Origin: Patescibacteria group bacterium
GTDB taxonomy: Bacteria > Patescibacteriota > Microgenomatia > Levybacterales > GWA1-39-11
Reading direction: 5' to 3'
Assembly: GCA_035549295.1 (NCBI GenBank)
Contig: DASZRG010000036.1
Coordinates: 13,324-77,323, forward strand
DNA length: 64,000 nucleotides
Part shown: piece after piece, positions 9,740-18,980 of the stretch
How positions within the stretch are numbered: position 1 is the stretch's first letter
How the letters are laid out: each line of letters starts with the position of its first letter
Notes under the pieces: generated by a model
Told to the model about the DNA's origin: nothing
The model's database searches: none
The model's input: the letters and a program-made list of their open reading frames with translations, nothing else
Program-made: the position numbers and the translations under genes

Positions 9740-10699
9740 CTACTTCTGATTTCTCCAGTATTCGAGGGTTTCTTTTAGTGTTTGGTCTATTCCGAATTTT
9801 GTCTCCCATCCAGTCGTTTTTTTCATTTTTGAGTTATCACATAAAAGCTCAGGGACATCAATTGGCCTCATCAGACTTTCATCTTGCCTAATTTCAATTT
9901 TTGTGTCCGTGAAGGACAAAAGCTTATTAAGAACGTCTTCAATTTTATATGACTTCCCAGATCCAATATTGTATACCTCTCCTTCTTCACCTTTTTCCAA
10001 AATTTCGACATATGCAGATACCATATCACGAACATCTGTAAAATCACGCTTCGCAGTTAGATTTCCAACTTTCAAAACCGGCTCCATTTTGCCCTTTTCG
10101 ATGTCTGCAATTTTTTTTGCAAAGGCAGCAACGACAAATTGAGGCGATTGTCGTGGACCGATGTGATTGTATGGTCTAACTCTTATGATCGGAATTTTGT
10201 AAGATAGAAAGTACTGCAAGGCTAAAAAATCTTGGGCTAGCTTTGAAACGGCGTAAGGGTTGTTGGGCATAAGAGGAGCATTTTCATCGGTTGGAATATG
10301 ATCCGCATCTGTTGCCCCATACACTTCTGCCGAGGATACAACTAAAATTTTTGGGTTTATTTTTTGCGAGCGAACCTCCTCCAGTATATTTAAAAGAGAC
10401 GATACGTTACCATTTATATAACTTGCGGGATTTTCGAAACTTTGACCTGGCGATGCGAGTCCTGCAAGATGAAAAATTAAGTCAGGCGAAGATTCACTAA
10501 TAAAATTTTTGACGTCTGGTGAGTTAAGAAGATCTATTTTAGTTAAATTTATTTTGTCGGAAATTGAATCAACATTGATAAGACTATCATCAGTTAAATA
10601 ACTTCCAAAAATTTCAACTTCGGAAGAATTAAGTAAATGCTCTGCCAAAAAACTACCTGCAAAACCAGTAACTCCCGTTATGAGGACCTTCTTCTTCAT
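9740..10699 (-). CDS. GDP-4-keto-6-deoxy-D-mannose reductase (Rmd-like SDR)
   Basis: GVTGFAGS, PYAVSK, RPYNHIGPRQ, VGNL..KRDFTDVRD. Confidence 0.8.
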   Translation of the reverse strand: MKKKVLITGVTGFAGSFLAEHLLNSSEVEIFGSYLTDDSLINVDSISDKINLTKIDLLNSPDVKNFISESSPDLIFHLAGLASPGQSFENPASYINGNVSSLLNILEEVRSQKINPKILVVSSAEVYGATDADHIPTDENAPLMPNNPYAVSKLAQDFLALQYFLSYKIPIIRVRPYNHIGPRQSPQFVVAAFAKKIADIEKGKMEPVLKVGNLTAKRDFTDVRDMVSAYVEILEKGEEGEVYNIGSGKSYKIEDVLNKLLSFTDTKIEIRQDESLMRPIDVPELLCDNSKMKKTTGWETKFGIDQTLKETLEYWRNQK

Positions 10700-11994
10700 C
10701 TTCCAACACCAATGTATTCAAAACCTATTTCGCGCATAAAAGTTGGATTATATATGTTTCTAGCATCGATAATTTTGGGGCTTTTCATTTCTGACTTTAC
10801 TTTTTTCATATCGAGCTCACGAAACTCATTCCACTCCGTTAAAACAATCAAAAGATCAATTCCATTGACGACTTCATCGGCGGTATTTTTATAATTAATG
10901 CCATCAATAACTTTTTTTGCTTTTTCCATTGATTCGGGATCATATGCTTTGACACTAGCCCCTTTTTTGACAAGCGCACCAATGATTTCAATAGATGGAG
11001 CAAAACGCATATCGTCAGTGTTTGGCTTAAAAGCAAGACCTAGAACTCCGATTGATTTATCTTTTACCTCACCCAATAACTTTTCTGCTTTACGCACTAT
11101 TGCCTGCTTTGCTTCATTATTAACATTTTCAACCTCTTTAAGTAGCTTGAAATCATAATCGTATCCATGTGCGATTGAGATGAGAGCTTTTACATCTTTT
11201 GGAAAGCAACTTCCCCCATATCCAGGCCCAGGGGCCAGAAAATCTTTACCTATCCGATGATCAAAACCAATACCTGCAAGCGCAGCTAAAGCATCAGCGC
11301 CACATTTTTCTGACAACTGTGCTATTGAATTTGCAAACGAGATTTTTGTTGAAAGAAATGCATTCGCTGCATACTTTATCATTTCCGCTGTTTCAAGATT
11401 TGTAAGAACATAAGGAGCGTTTGTGTTTTGCTGTAAGGGTCTATGTAACTCGATCAGGATCTCTTCTGCCCTCTTTGATTCTGTACCTATTACAATTCTG
11501 TCTGGATTAAGAGTGTCTGAAATCGCCGATCCTTGACGCAAAAACTCAGGACAAGAACCCATATCGAATTCTGCTTTCTCAGGCTTTACTTTTTCAATTA
11601 CCTCTTTGATTTTTTTATTGATTCCAATTGGAACAGTACTTTTCGTAACGACAACTGTGTAACCTGAAAGGTTTTCGCCTATCTTTTTTGCAACTTCAAG
11701 AACTGTTGAAAGATCGGCTTCGCCAGATTCTTTTGGGGGTGTTCCAACTGCTGTAAAAATAATTTCAGCCTCCGGAACAGAATCGTAGTCAAGTGAAAAT
11801 TTTAGTCTCCCAGCGTCGATATTTCTTTTGACTATTTCATCAAGTCCTGGTTCGTAGATGTGTACTTTTCCCTGATTAAGCTTTTCAACTGTCTCAGGTG
11901 TATGACCAATAACTGAAACTGTATTCCCTAAATCTGCAAAAATTGCCGCTGAGACAAGACCTACGTAACCATGCCCTACGAATGTTATTTTCAT
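10696..11994 (-). CDS. ugd: UDP-glucose 6-dehydrogenase
   Basis: GHGYVGL, KSTVP, PEFLR, GYGGSCFPKD, GLAFKPNTDDMR. Confidence 0.94.
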   Translation of the reverse strand: MKITFVGHGYVGLVSAAIFADLGNTVSVIGHTPETVEKLNQGKVHIYEPGLDEIVKRNIDAGRLKFSLDYDSVPEAEIIFTAVGTPPKESGEADLSTVLEVAKKIGENLSGYTVVVTKSTVPIGINKKIKEVIEKVKPEKAEFDMGSCPEFLRQGSAISDTLNPDRIVIGTESKRAEEILIELHRPLQQNTNAPYVLTNLETAEMIKYAANAFLSTKISFANSIAQLSEKCGADALAALAGIGFDHRIGKDFLAPGPGYGGSCFPKDVKALISIAHGYDYDFKLLKEVENVNNEAKQAIVRKAEKLLGEVKDKSIGVLGLAFKPNTDDMRFAPSIEIIGALVKKGASVKAYDPESMEKAKKVIDGINYKNTADEVVNGIDLLIVLTEWNEFRELDMKKVKSEMKSPKIIDARNIYNPTFMREIGFEYIGVGR

Positions 11995-12005
11995 AAAATT
12001 ATATT

Positions 12006-12073
12006 GTCATTCTGAACGTAGTGAAGAATCTTACTTGCCTAAACCCAATATCCTTCGTTCCACTCAGGATGAC
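12006..12073. repeat. GTCAT...ATGAC palindromic element (two-arm, CTGA subtype)
   Basis: GTCATTCTGAACGTAGTGAAGAATCT...ATCCTTCGTTCCACTCAGGATGAC. Confidence 0.8.
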
Positions 12074-12095
12074 ATTTTCAACCATAATATTATTC

Positions 12096-13025
12096 TCATT
12101 GTTTGATCTTTTTCAAGGCTTCAAAAAAATCGGTCATTTGAAAGCCGAGAGAGACTAGTTTATCATTTTTCATACTTACATTAAAGGGGCGGGCAGCACG
12201 ACCTTTATATAGTTTACCTCGCGTGGTCAATTCAATTTTTGTTTCTGGAATATTATACTCACGAGCTAAAGCGACTCCGATATCTCTTGGTGAGATAAAG
12301 TTATTTCCAACCAAATTAATAATTCCCGAAGTATCTTTGTTTATTAAAAAATCCAAACCATAAGCAATATCATCAATAAATGTTGGCGTAATTGTTTGAT
12401 CTGATACTAGCTCAACGATTTCTTTTGTTCTGAGAAGTTCAACTAAAGTCCAAATCAAATCCCGCTTCAGTGGACTTTTATAGCCAAAGGGGTAAGCTAT
12501 ACGAACTACTAAGTCATGCTCACCCAAAGTTTTTTCGCCCCATAATTTTGTCTGGCCATACCAATCAACTGGAGTTGGAATATCCTCCTCAGAATATGGA
12601 CTTTCTTTTTGTCCGTCAAAAATAAAATCGGTCGAAACATAAATTATTTTTCTGTCATTTTCAGCAACCCAGTCTGATAGGTTTTTCGTACCAACGACAT
12701 TTATTCCAAATGCAGAACTCGAATTTTTCCAGGCCTCCTTGTTTAAGTTTTCAAAATCTATATCTTTTCCTTCAAGCAATTTTGCTTTTTTAAGCTTCTT
12801 TAAATCATTTTCTCTATCATCTTCACATGCATCTACATTCGTCTTGGCTGCAAGATGAACAATAATATCAGGATTTTTATCTGACAAAAATTTGTTTGTT
12901 TTTTTTGCGTCAGTAATATCAATACCGTAAGAAGAAGATAGTGGGATTATCTCGTATTTGCTTTTGAGTAAATCAAAAAAACGCGACCCAACAAGTCCTG
13001 TCGCACCGGTCAGTACTATTTTCAT
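12096..13025 (-). CDS. rfbD: dTDP-4-dehydrorhamnose reductase
   Basis: GATGLVG, AAKTNVDACE, YVSTDFIFDG, YGQTKLWGE. Confidence 0.88.
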   Translation of the reverse strand: MKIVLTGATGLVGSRFFDLLKSKYEIIPLSSSYGIDITDAKKTNKFLSDKNPDIIVHLAAKTNVDACEDDRENDLKKLKKAKLLEGKDIDFENLNKEAWKNSSSAFGINVVGTKNLSDWVAENDRKIIYVSTDFIFDGQKESPYSEEDIPTPVDWYGQTKLWGEKTLGEHDLVVRIAYPFGYKSPLKRDLIWTLVELLRTKEIVELVSDQTITPTFIDDIAYGLDFLINKDTSGIINLVGNNFISPRDIGVALAREYNIPETKIELTTRGKLYKGRAARPFNVSMKNDKLVSLGFQMTDFFEALKKIKQ

Positions 13026-13038
13026 AAATTAACATACT

Positions 13039-13093
13039 ACATGTGACATTTAACATGTGACCAAATCTCGGACAATTGTCAAATGTCAAATGT
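13039..13093. repeat. TGACA-type 7-bp periodic inverted repeat
   Basis: ACATGTGACATTTAACATGTGACC...TTGTCAAATGTCAAATGT; related copy at about 21896-21952. Confidence 0.6.
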
Positions 13094-14096
13094 TTTTATA
13101 TTGTCGTTCATAATATTTCTGGTAATCGCCATTCTTAATATCCTTCCACCATTTTTCATTATTCTTGTACCAATCGACAGTCCTCTCAAGCCACTCATCA
13201 AAGCTATGCTGTGGTTCCCAGCCTAATTCATTTTTTATTTTTGACCAATCGACTGCGTACCTTCTGTCATGACCAGGCCTATCCTTAACATATTCAATAT
13301 TGTCTTCAGACTTTCCTAAAAGTTTTATTATTTTTTTTGCAACTTCAATATTTGGCATATCTTCTGTAAGTCCACCGACAACATAAGTCTCACCGATTTT
13401 TCCGCCTTCTAAAACTTTTTCTATCGCTCGAACATGATCATCCACATACAACCAATCACGAACATATAATCCATCCCCATAAACCGGAATTTTTTTTCCT
13501 TCCAGAAGATTGGTTATGGCAAGAGGAATAATTTTTTCTGGAAATTGATAAGGGCCGAAGTTATTGGAACAATTAGTAATAGTTATTGGAAGTTGGTATG
13601 TGTGATAATAAGCTCTTACTATATGGTCTGAACCGGCTTTACTGGCCGAATATGGACTTCTGGGATCATAAGGTGTTCGTTCACTGAATTTACCCGAATC
13701 AAGCGGAAGAGCTCCAAATACCTCATCGGTTGAGATGTGATGGAAGCGTTTGACGCCAACTTTTTGAGCCGCATCAAGAAGAATTTGCGTCCCTACCACG
13801 TTAGTTGTAAGAAATGGTGCGGGATCATCAATAGACCTATCGACATGAGACTCCGCTGCAAAATGCACGACAGTATCAATACCTTCCATTGCGGAAACTA
13901 CTTGATCGGGAGACGTTATATCCCCGTGAATAAATTTATAGCTTGGATTATTTTCGACAGAGAATAAATTTTCAAGATTCCCCGCGTAAGTAAGCTTATC
14001 GAAGTTTACTACAGTATCATCTGGATGATTTTTTATCCAGTAAAGTATGAAATTACTACCTATAAAACCCGCCCCACCAGTTACAAGTATCTTCAT
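13086..14096 (-). CDS. rfbB: dTDP-glucose 4,6-dehydratase
   Basis: GGAGFIGSNF, HFAAESHVDRS, ISTDEV, PYSASKA, DRPGHDRRYA. Confidence 0.96.
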   Translation of the reverse strand: MKILVTGGAGFIGSNFILYWIKNHPDDTVVNFDKLTYAGNLENLFSVENNPSYKFIHGDITSPDQVVSAMEGIDTVVHFAAESHVDRSIDDPAPFLTTNVVGTQILLDAAQKVGVKRFHHISTDEVFGALPLDSGKFSERTPYDPRSPYSASKAGSDHIVRAYYHTYQLPITITNCSNNFGPYQFPEKIIPLAITNLLEGKKIPVYGDGLYVRDWLYVDDHVRAIEKVLEGGKIGETYVVGGLTEDMPNIEVAKKIIKLLGKSEDNIEYVKDRPGHDRRYAVDWSKIKNELGWEPQHSFDEWLERTVDWYKNNEKWWKDIKNGDYQKYYERQYKNI

Positions 14097-14113
14097 AATT
14101 AATATCCAAAAAT

Positions 14114-14141
14114 AGAAATTAGAAATTAGAAATTAGAAATT
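14114..14141. repeat. Tandem heptamer (AGAAATT)x4
   Basis: Perfect repeat visible between rfbB and the NUDIX gene. Confidence 0.85.
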
Positions 14142-14152
14142 TCATTTCAAGA

Positions 14153-14623
14153 TTATCCTATTATAGGCAATTGGAATGGCTGTTTCAAATACTCGAAGTA
14201 TTTAAGGATTGTTTCTCGATGGTCAAATGCGAACTCTTCATCGATTGGCAGTTCGGCTTCTGTAAACCATTTAATTTCAGACACTTCGTGATTTAGAGTG
14301 GGCTCACCACCTATTACTTTACAAACATAAAGAAAGTCTACATTTTGCCTATCTTCTTTTGGCCGCTCAGGATTATCATTTACTCGAAACAAAAAATCAA
14401 TCTTACCTTCGTAACCTGTCTCCTCTTTTAGCTCGCGAAGAGTTCCTTCTTGAGTATTTTCATCTCGATCCAAAAAACCACCAGGAATTGAATATTTTCC
14501 AAATCGATGTTCAACTGCACGCTTTACAAGAAGAATTTGATTTTGATCGTTTACAACGATTGAGCCAACAGTTACATGGCGAAGATTCGCGGGGGTATCG
14601 TTTTCGAATTTACAAGAGATCAT
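14153..14623 (-). CDS. NUDIX hydrolase
   Basis: PGGFLDRDENTQEGTLRELKEETG Nudix box; AFDH. Confidence 0.9.
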   Translation of the reverse strand: MISCKFENDTPANLRHVTVGSIVVNDQNQILLVKRAVEHRFGKYSIPGGFLDRDENTQEGTLRELKEETGYEGKIDFLFRVNDNPERPKEDRQNVDFLYVCKVIGGEPTLNHEVSEIKWFTEAELPIDEEFAFDHRETILKYFEYLKQPFQLPIIG

Positions 14624-15347
14624 TGGTCATTTCACCAGATTTTACTTTTTCAGCAACTAAATTATTAACTCTCAAAAGACTATCTATCGTCCCTGCATCC
14701 TCCCACATTCCCTCAATAACATTCACGTCAAGATCTCCGCTTTCAAGATATTTGTTATGAATATCAACTATCTCTATTTCGCCTCGAGCAGAAGGATTAA
14801 GACTTTTCGCGTAGCTTATAACCTTGTTGTCAAAAATGTAAAAACCAACGACAGCATAATCGCTCTTTGGATGCTCTGGTTTTTCAACGATTGAAATAAC
14901 CTTCATATTTTCATCAAATTCGACGACTCCCGAGCGCTCTGGATCTGGAACTTTTTTTGCAAAAATTCTCCCTCCCGATTTAAACGATGAAACGCTCTCC
15001 GTGAAATCGTGCTCGAATATATTGTCCCCCAAAATCATCGTAACACTGTCATTTCCAATAAAATTCTCACCAATTATAAAAGCGTCGGCCAGACCTCTTG
15101 CTTCAGGTTGAACTTCATAGGTAAAATTTAAACCCCATTCATTCCCCGAACCAAGAAGATTAAGGAAATGCCCTGAGTATTCAGGCGCAACAATAATTAA
15201 GATATCCTTAATTCCGGCTTTGGCCAGAGTATTGATCGGGTAGTAAATCATTGGCTTGTTGTAAACAGGAAGAAGTTGTTTTGAGGTAATCTTAGTCAAT
15301 GGACGCAATCTCGTAGCTTTACCACCAGCAAGTATAATTCCCTTCAT
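14610..15347 (-). CDS. rfbA: Glucose-1-phosphate thymidylyltransferase (RmlA/SpsI type)
   Basis: MKGIILAGG.ATRLRP.T..SKQLLPVY.KPMIYYP, LGDN, EKP, SARGE.EI; start moved to 15347. Confidence 0.9.
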   Translation of the reverse strand: MKGIILAGGKATRLRPLTKITSKQLLPVYNKPMIYYPINTLAKAGIKDILIIVAPEYSGHFLNLLGSGNEWGLNFTYEVQPEARGLADAFIIGENFIGNDSVTMILGDNIFEHDFTESVSSFKSGGRIFAKKVPDPERSGVVEFDENMKVISIVEKPEHPKSDYAVVGFYIFDNKVISYAKSLNPSARGEIEIVDIHNKYLESGDLDVNVIEGMWEDAGTIDSLLRVNNLVAEKVKSGEMTNDLL

Positions 15348-15348
15348 A

Positions 15349-15612
15349 TTAAAATTTGTTTGTGTTAATAAGCAAAAAGAATGCCATAACAATCAAACTT
15401 ATAAGTATATATTCTATCACAATCTTTTTTTTGAGTGTGTGGTGCATTTTGTGATGCAATATACCCCACACCGCATAGAAACATAAAAGCACCAATAATG
15501 CTGCAACTTGTCGATGGAAATCACCTGATAGAATAAATATTCCATAAAAACCACCTGTTAGAATAAGCAACTCTAACACGTAATAAATTTGATGAGGAAT
15601 TTTTTGTATCAT
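15349..15612 (-). CDS. Small membrane protein
   Basis: 87 aa, three hydrophobic segments, WGILHH motif; operonic spacing. Confidence 0.7.
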   Translation of the reverse strand: MIQKIPHQIYYVLELLILTGGFYGIFILSGDFHRQVAALLVLLCFYAVWGILHHKMHHTLKKKIVIEYILISLIVMAFFLLINTNKF

Positions 15613-16508
15613 ACAATAACCCCGCTTGTTTTAAGAACCATAAACAACATAAAAAGCGCGATTAAAATTATGTGGTCAATATTGTGTCCAACTATTCTTG
15701 GAATTTTCTTTCGCTCTATTATTAGCAAATCCATAATTAACGCAAAACAAATAAGGCTTAGCACTACGGTTGTCGTGGCTTTAGAAGCAGATTTAGAATC
15801 GATAAGAGGACGAGACTCAATCACTTTTCCATTTGGAACGCTTGATCCATTAACTTGTGGGGCTGATGCAATATGCACTTGTGGCGCAACTGAGACGTTT
15901 GGAGCTGAGGCAGCCTGGTCTGGAAGTTTTTGGACTGTTGTATCAACAGTTGAACCAAACATTTGAACTACCAAAACTGTATCCTCTCCCTGCAATGTAC
16001 CAGGCACAATCGCAAACCCAATATCTCGATACCTATCAGATAATATATTGTCACGATGAGTCGGTGAATTCATCCAAGCAGTAACGATAGAATTTGCATC
16101 AGTAAAACCCTTTGCCAAATTTTCTCCTGCAAAAACATAATCATAACCCGAATCTTTTATAAACTGCCAAGGAGTTGTCTTGCCATCTGGCGCAAAATGA
16201 GCCCAATAGTCTTTAGCGAACATATCAGCAGCTTTTTTGCTTGCGGCCGCATCAAGTTCTGAATTTATTTTAAGTGGAGGCAAACCGTTGTCTTGTCTTT
16301 GTTGATTTACCAGATTTAAAAGATCATTTTCTGAAATTGAATAAGAAATACCCAAAACTTGAGGATGGGATGATGTAATAGAATGAGTAAACCAAACGGT
16401 TACCGAAAGTGCCAAAAAAATTATCAGAAGACTTGAGTTGTGGAGTATTTTTGATCTGTGATTATTTTTGTGATGAGGAAACAATAAATGCTTTAGAAAA
16501 CGTATCAT
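15609..16508 (-). CDS. CAP/SCP-domain membrane-anchored protein
   Basis: LVNQQR..GLPPL, YWAH, AGENLA, WMNSPTHRDNIL. Confidence 0.9.
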   Translation of the reverse strand: MIRFLKHLLFPHHKNNHRSKILHNSSLLIIFLALSVTVWFTHSITSSHPQVLGISYSISENDLLNLVNQQRQDNGLPPLKINSELDAAASKKAADMFAKDYWAHFAPDGKTTPWQFIKDSGYDYVFAGENLAKGFTDANSIVTAWMNSPTHRDNILSDRYRDIGFAIVPGTLQGEDTVLVVQMFGSTVDTTVQKLPDQAASAPNVSVAPQVHIASAPQVNGSSVPNGKVIESRPLIDSKSASKATTTVVLSLICFALIMDLLIIERKKIPRIVGHNIDHIILIALFMLFMVLKTSGVIV

Positions 16509-16560
16509 AGTTTATGATAGCACGAGAGGCAATACGGATATCAAGTGGCATGTGGTAGTA

Positions 16561-16595
16561 AAGTATCAAAGGTATCAAAAGTATCAGAGGTATCA
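16561..16595. repeat. 9-bp periodic repeat with GTATCA core, x4
   Basis: AAGTATCAAAGGTATCAAAAGTATCAGAGGTATCA; near-identical copy at about 31020-31056. Confidence 0.8.
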
Positions 16596-16718
16596 CGAGC
16601 TAATCTCAATCGTTTAACGCTATAAGGTAAAAAAGTCTGTATCGGTTAAGTTACACGCTTAACGTAACCGAGTAAACGACCCGGGCAGCGTATCTGAAAA
16701 ACTACTTTCGATGGAGAT

Positions 16719-16750
16719 TTCCTAGTATCTAATATCTAGTCTCTAGTTTC
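16719..16750. repeat. CTAG-type heptamer repeat block
   Basis: Exact 32-bp reverse complement of 8457-8488. Confidence 0.85.
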
Positions 16751-16757
16751 TCGCATG

Positions 16758-17069
16758 CTAATACTCTGGCAGTACTAGATCTCCCAGGTTTTTTTCATTC
16801 ACTTTTATACCCAATGCAAAGGATAGGGCGTTTGCAATTGCAATTCCTACTCGAAGTCCAGTAAAAGATCCGTCACTGCTCTCTACAAATATCTCATTTA
16901 TCTCATTAGCTTTTATTTTAGCTTTTTGCAAAACTTTTTGAATCAAAGGCAATGCAGCCTGGAACTTCTGTTCATATGCAGTCGAACTTTCAACGTACTC
17001 GCGACCACCACAACTTAGGCGAATTACAATCTTTTTGTTATCTCTGGTGTCTATAAATAGTTTGTTCAT
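16758..17069 (-). CDS. tsaB: Short TsaB-like protein (N-terminal domain only)
   Basis: LFIDT, LPLIQKVL, GSFTGLRVGIAIANALS; lies next to tsaC and tsaE. Confidence 0.8.
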   Translation of the reverse strand: MNKLFIDTRDNKKIVIRLSCGGREYVESSTAYEQKFQAALPLIQKVLQKAKIKANEINEIFVESSDGSFTGLRVGIAIANALSFALGIKVNEKNLGDLVLPEY

Positions 17070-17644
17070 ATTTTTACATCAACTGCCCCACGTCTCAAAA
17101 TTTTGGGTATTTTTGTTGAACAGTCAACAACAGTAGATGCTTTTTTTAAGCTGCATCTTCCCGACATGACAAAATCAACAATAGAAATTAATTCAGGACT
17201 AAGATCAGAATACGTATAAGGCGTATTTTCTCCAGAAAAATTTGCAGATGGTGCTAGGATAGGAACACCAATACCTCGTATCAGTTCTATCGTTGTTGTA
17301 TGTCCAGGCATTCTGACACCGATTGTATCACCACCACCTCTAACAAATTCCGGAATGAGTTCTTTTTTGCATGGAATAACTATTGTTAATCCGCCCGGCC
17401 AATAGCTTTTCATCAGTTTATATGCTTTCGAATTTATGCTTTCAGCAAATCTTTCAGCCATTTCAACTGATGAAACTAAAACAGGAACTGCTTTTTCAGG
17501 CGATCTGCGTCGAATTTTAAAAAGTTTTTTGACAGCGCGATCATCGTCAATTCGACAACCTATCCCAAATGCTGTATCTGTTGGAAAGATAATGATGCCA
17601 CCTTCTTTGGCAACTTTTATTGCTTTTTTTAAATTTTTATTCAT
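17066..17644 (-). CDS. tsaC: L-threonylcarbamoyladenylate synthase (TsaC/YrdC)
   Basis: FPTDTAFGIGC, YWPGGLT, GVRMP, APSANFSG, STVVD; start moved to 17644. Confidence 0.9.
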   Translation of the reverse strand: MNKNLKKAIKVAKEGGIIIFPTDTAFGIGCRIDDDRAVKKLFKIRRRSPEKAVPVLVSSVEMAERFAESINSKAYKLMKSYWPGGLTIVIPCKKELIPEFVRGGGDTIGVRMPGHTTTIELIRGIGVPILAPSANFSGENTPYTYSDLSPELISIVDFVMSGRCSLKKASTVVDCSTKIPKILRRGAVDVKI

Positions 17645-18077
17645 TTTTTGTAATTTGTATAAGCCTTTTGTTTTCACCAGAGTCATTTATATCAACGTTC
17701 CAATTTGAGACTAAATTTTCGTGTTTTTCGCCCCATTCAATAAGAAAAATGCCTGTAACATCTTCGAAAATATCATCAAGTCCAAGTGAATTTATATCCG
17801 ATACCCCTTCCATTCGATATAAATCAATATGATATAAATTGATTTTTTTTATACCAATTTTACCTCTATGTCTTCGAACCAAAACAAAAGTTGGCGAAAT
17901 AATTCTGCTTTTTATTGAAAGCGATTTAGCAACCCCCTGAACAAAAGTGGTTTTTCCGGCACCAAGTTGTCCATTAAGAATTACTAAATTGCCAGGGGCT
18001 AATTTTTTTCCAAAATTAAATCCTACCTCCTCAGTCTCGCGTGCTGAGGCAGTTACAAATTTTTGTTTTTCTTCCAT
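17637..18077 (-). CDS. tsaE: tRNA threonylcarbamoyladenosine biosynthesis ATPase TsaE
   Basis: GQLGAGKT, SPTF, HIDLYR, LIEW; start moved to 18077. Confidence 0.93.
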   Translation of the reverse strand: MEEKQKFVTASARETEEVGFNFGKKLAPGNLVILNGQLGAGKTTFVQGVAKSLSIKSRIISPTFVLVRRHRGKIGIKKINLYHIDLYRMEGVSDINSLGLDDIFEDVTGIFLIEWGEKHENLVSNWNVDINDSGENKRLIQITKNE

Positions 18078-18925
18078 GGTAATATTTTGTCTCCAAATTG
18101 AAAGTATGCAAGTATGCCACAAAATATCATCAATATCAAACCTAGAGCAATAAAAATAACTGATGAGTTAGTGGTTGAAAGGCCAAGAACCATACCCTTT
18201 GCAGGAGTCGGCGTCTCATCGTTCCCGAATACATCATCGCGTCCAACGTTTGATGCAAGTTTTAAATTTGAATCAGGATCGTCTGTTGGGGTTGGATAGT
18301 CAGTGGGCGATAGATTAAGAACAGGCGCCGCTGTCGACATAGGTGCCTTAGTCGGTGTCGCAGTTGGGCCAGAGGTTGGAGAAGGCGTAGGCGTTGGGGT
18401 TTTGGTGGGAGTAGGGGTAGGTGTGGGAGTAGGTGTATTTGTTGGAGCACTTGTGGCTGTCGGAACCGGCGTAGCTGAATTGTTTGAGGAGCCTTTACTG
18501 GAACTCGATAGAAGTACAATATTTGACGAGCCATCTGGACTCCGTCCTGCGGTCTGTCCTGAGGCTGGCGCGGCCACAGTACCACCAGATCCATACGTAA
18601 TTTGATCGACATTATTCTCAACTCCGCCCTCATTTAAAACAACGAGTCTGATAGTATCGCCATTATTATCAAGACGATTTGACCAATCAAAAGTTACGAA
18701 TCCATTACCCGGGATGCTACCTGTTAGATCTTGCTTATTTGCGTCGGTTGAGTCGCGAAGTAGATAATTTGAAAGATCGACCGATGAACTATCCGAATTG
18801 TAAATTTCAACCCAATCGGGATCACTATTTGACGAAAATTCATTTATATATAGAGCTGCAAAAGCATGTGCTGGCAGAAACAAAAAAAGGATTAAAAAAA
18901 GAAGGATAAAAGCGGGCTTTGTCAT
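18053..18925 (-). CDS. Lamin-tail-domain surface protein with Pro/Thr linker and C-terminal TM anchor
   Basis: Signal peptide, INEF...DWVEIYN, LDNNGD.IRL, (PT)n linker, C-terminal TM. Confidence 0.8.
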   Translation of the reverse strand: MTKPAFILLFLILFLFLPAHAFAALYINEFSSNSDPDWVEIYNSDSSSVDLSNYLLRDSTDANKQDLTGSIPGNGFVTFDWSNRLDNNGDTIRLVVLNEGGVENNVDQITYGSGGTVAAPASGQTAGRSPDGSSNIVLLSSSSKGSSNNSATPVPTATSAPTNTPTPTPTPTPTKTPTPTPSPTSGPTATPTKAPMSTAAPVLNLSPTDYPTPTDDPDSNLKLASNVGRDDVFGNDETPTPAKGMVLGLSTTNSSVIFIALGLILMIFCGILAYFQFGDKILPWKKNKNL

Positions 18926-18980
18926 TTTGGATAATTGCTTCCCAAAGTCTACAGAAAAAGGATGCGAAGATCAATATTTG

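Noticed and set aside
16758-17069. tsaB as a pseudogene
   Set aside because: Clean start overlapping tsaC, intact GSFTGLR motif and no downstream remnant; treated as a naturally short form
18303-18605. Gly/Val-rich plus-strand ORF
   Set aside because: Antisense shadow of the Pro/Thr linker of the lamin-tail protein
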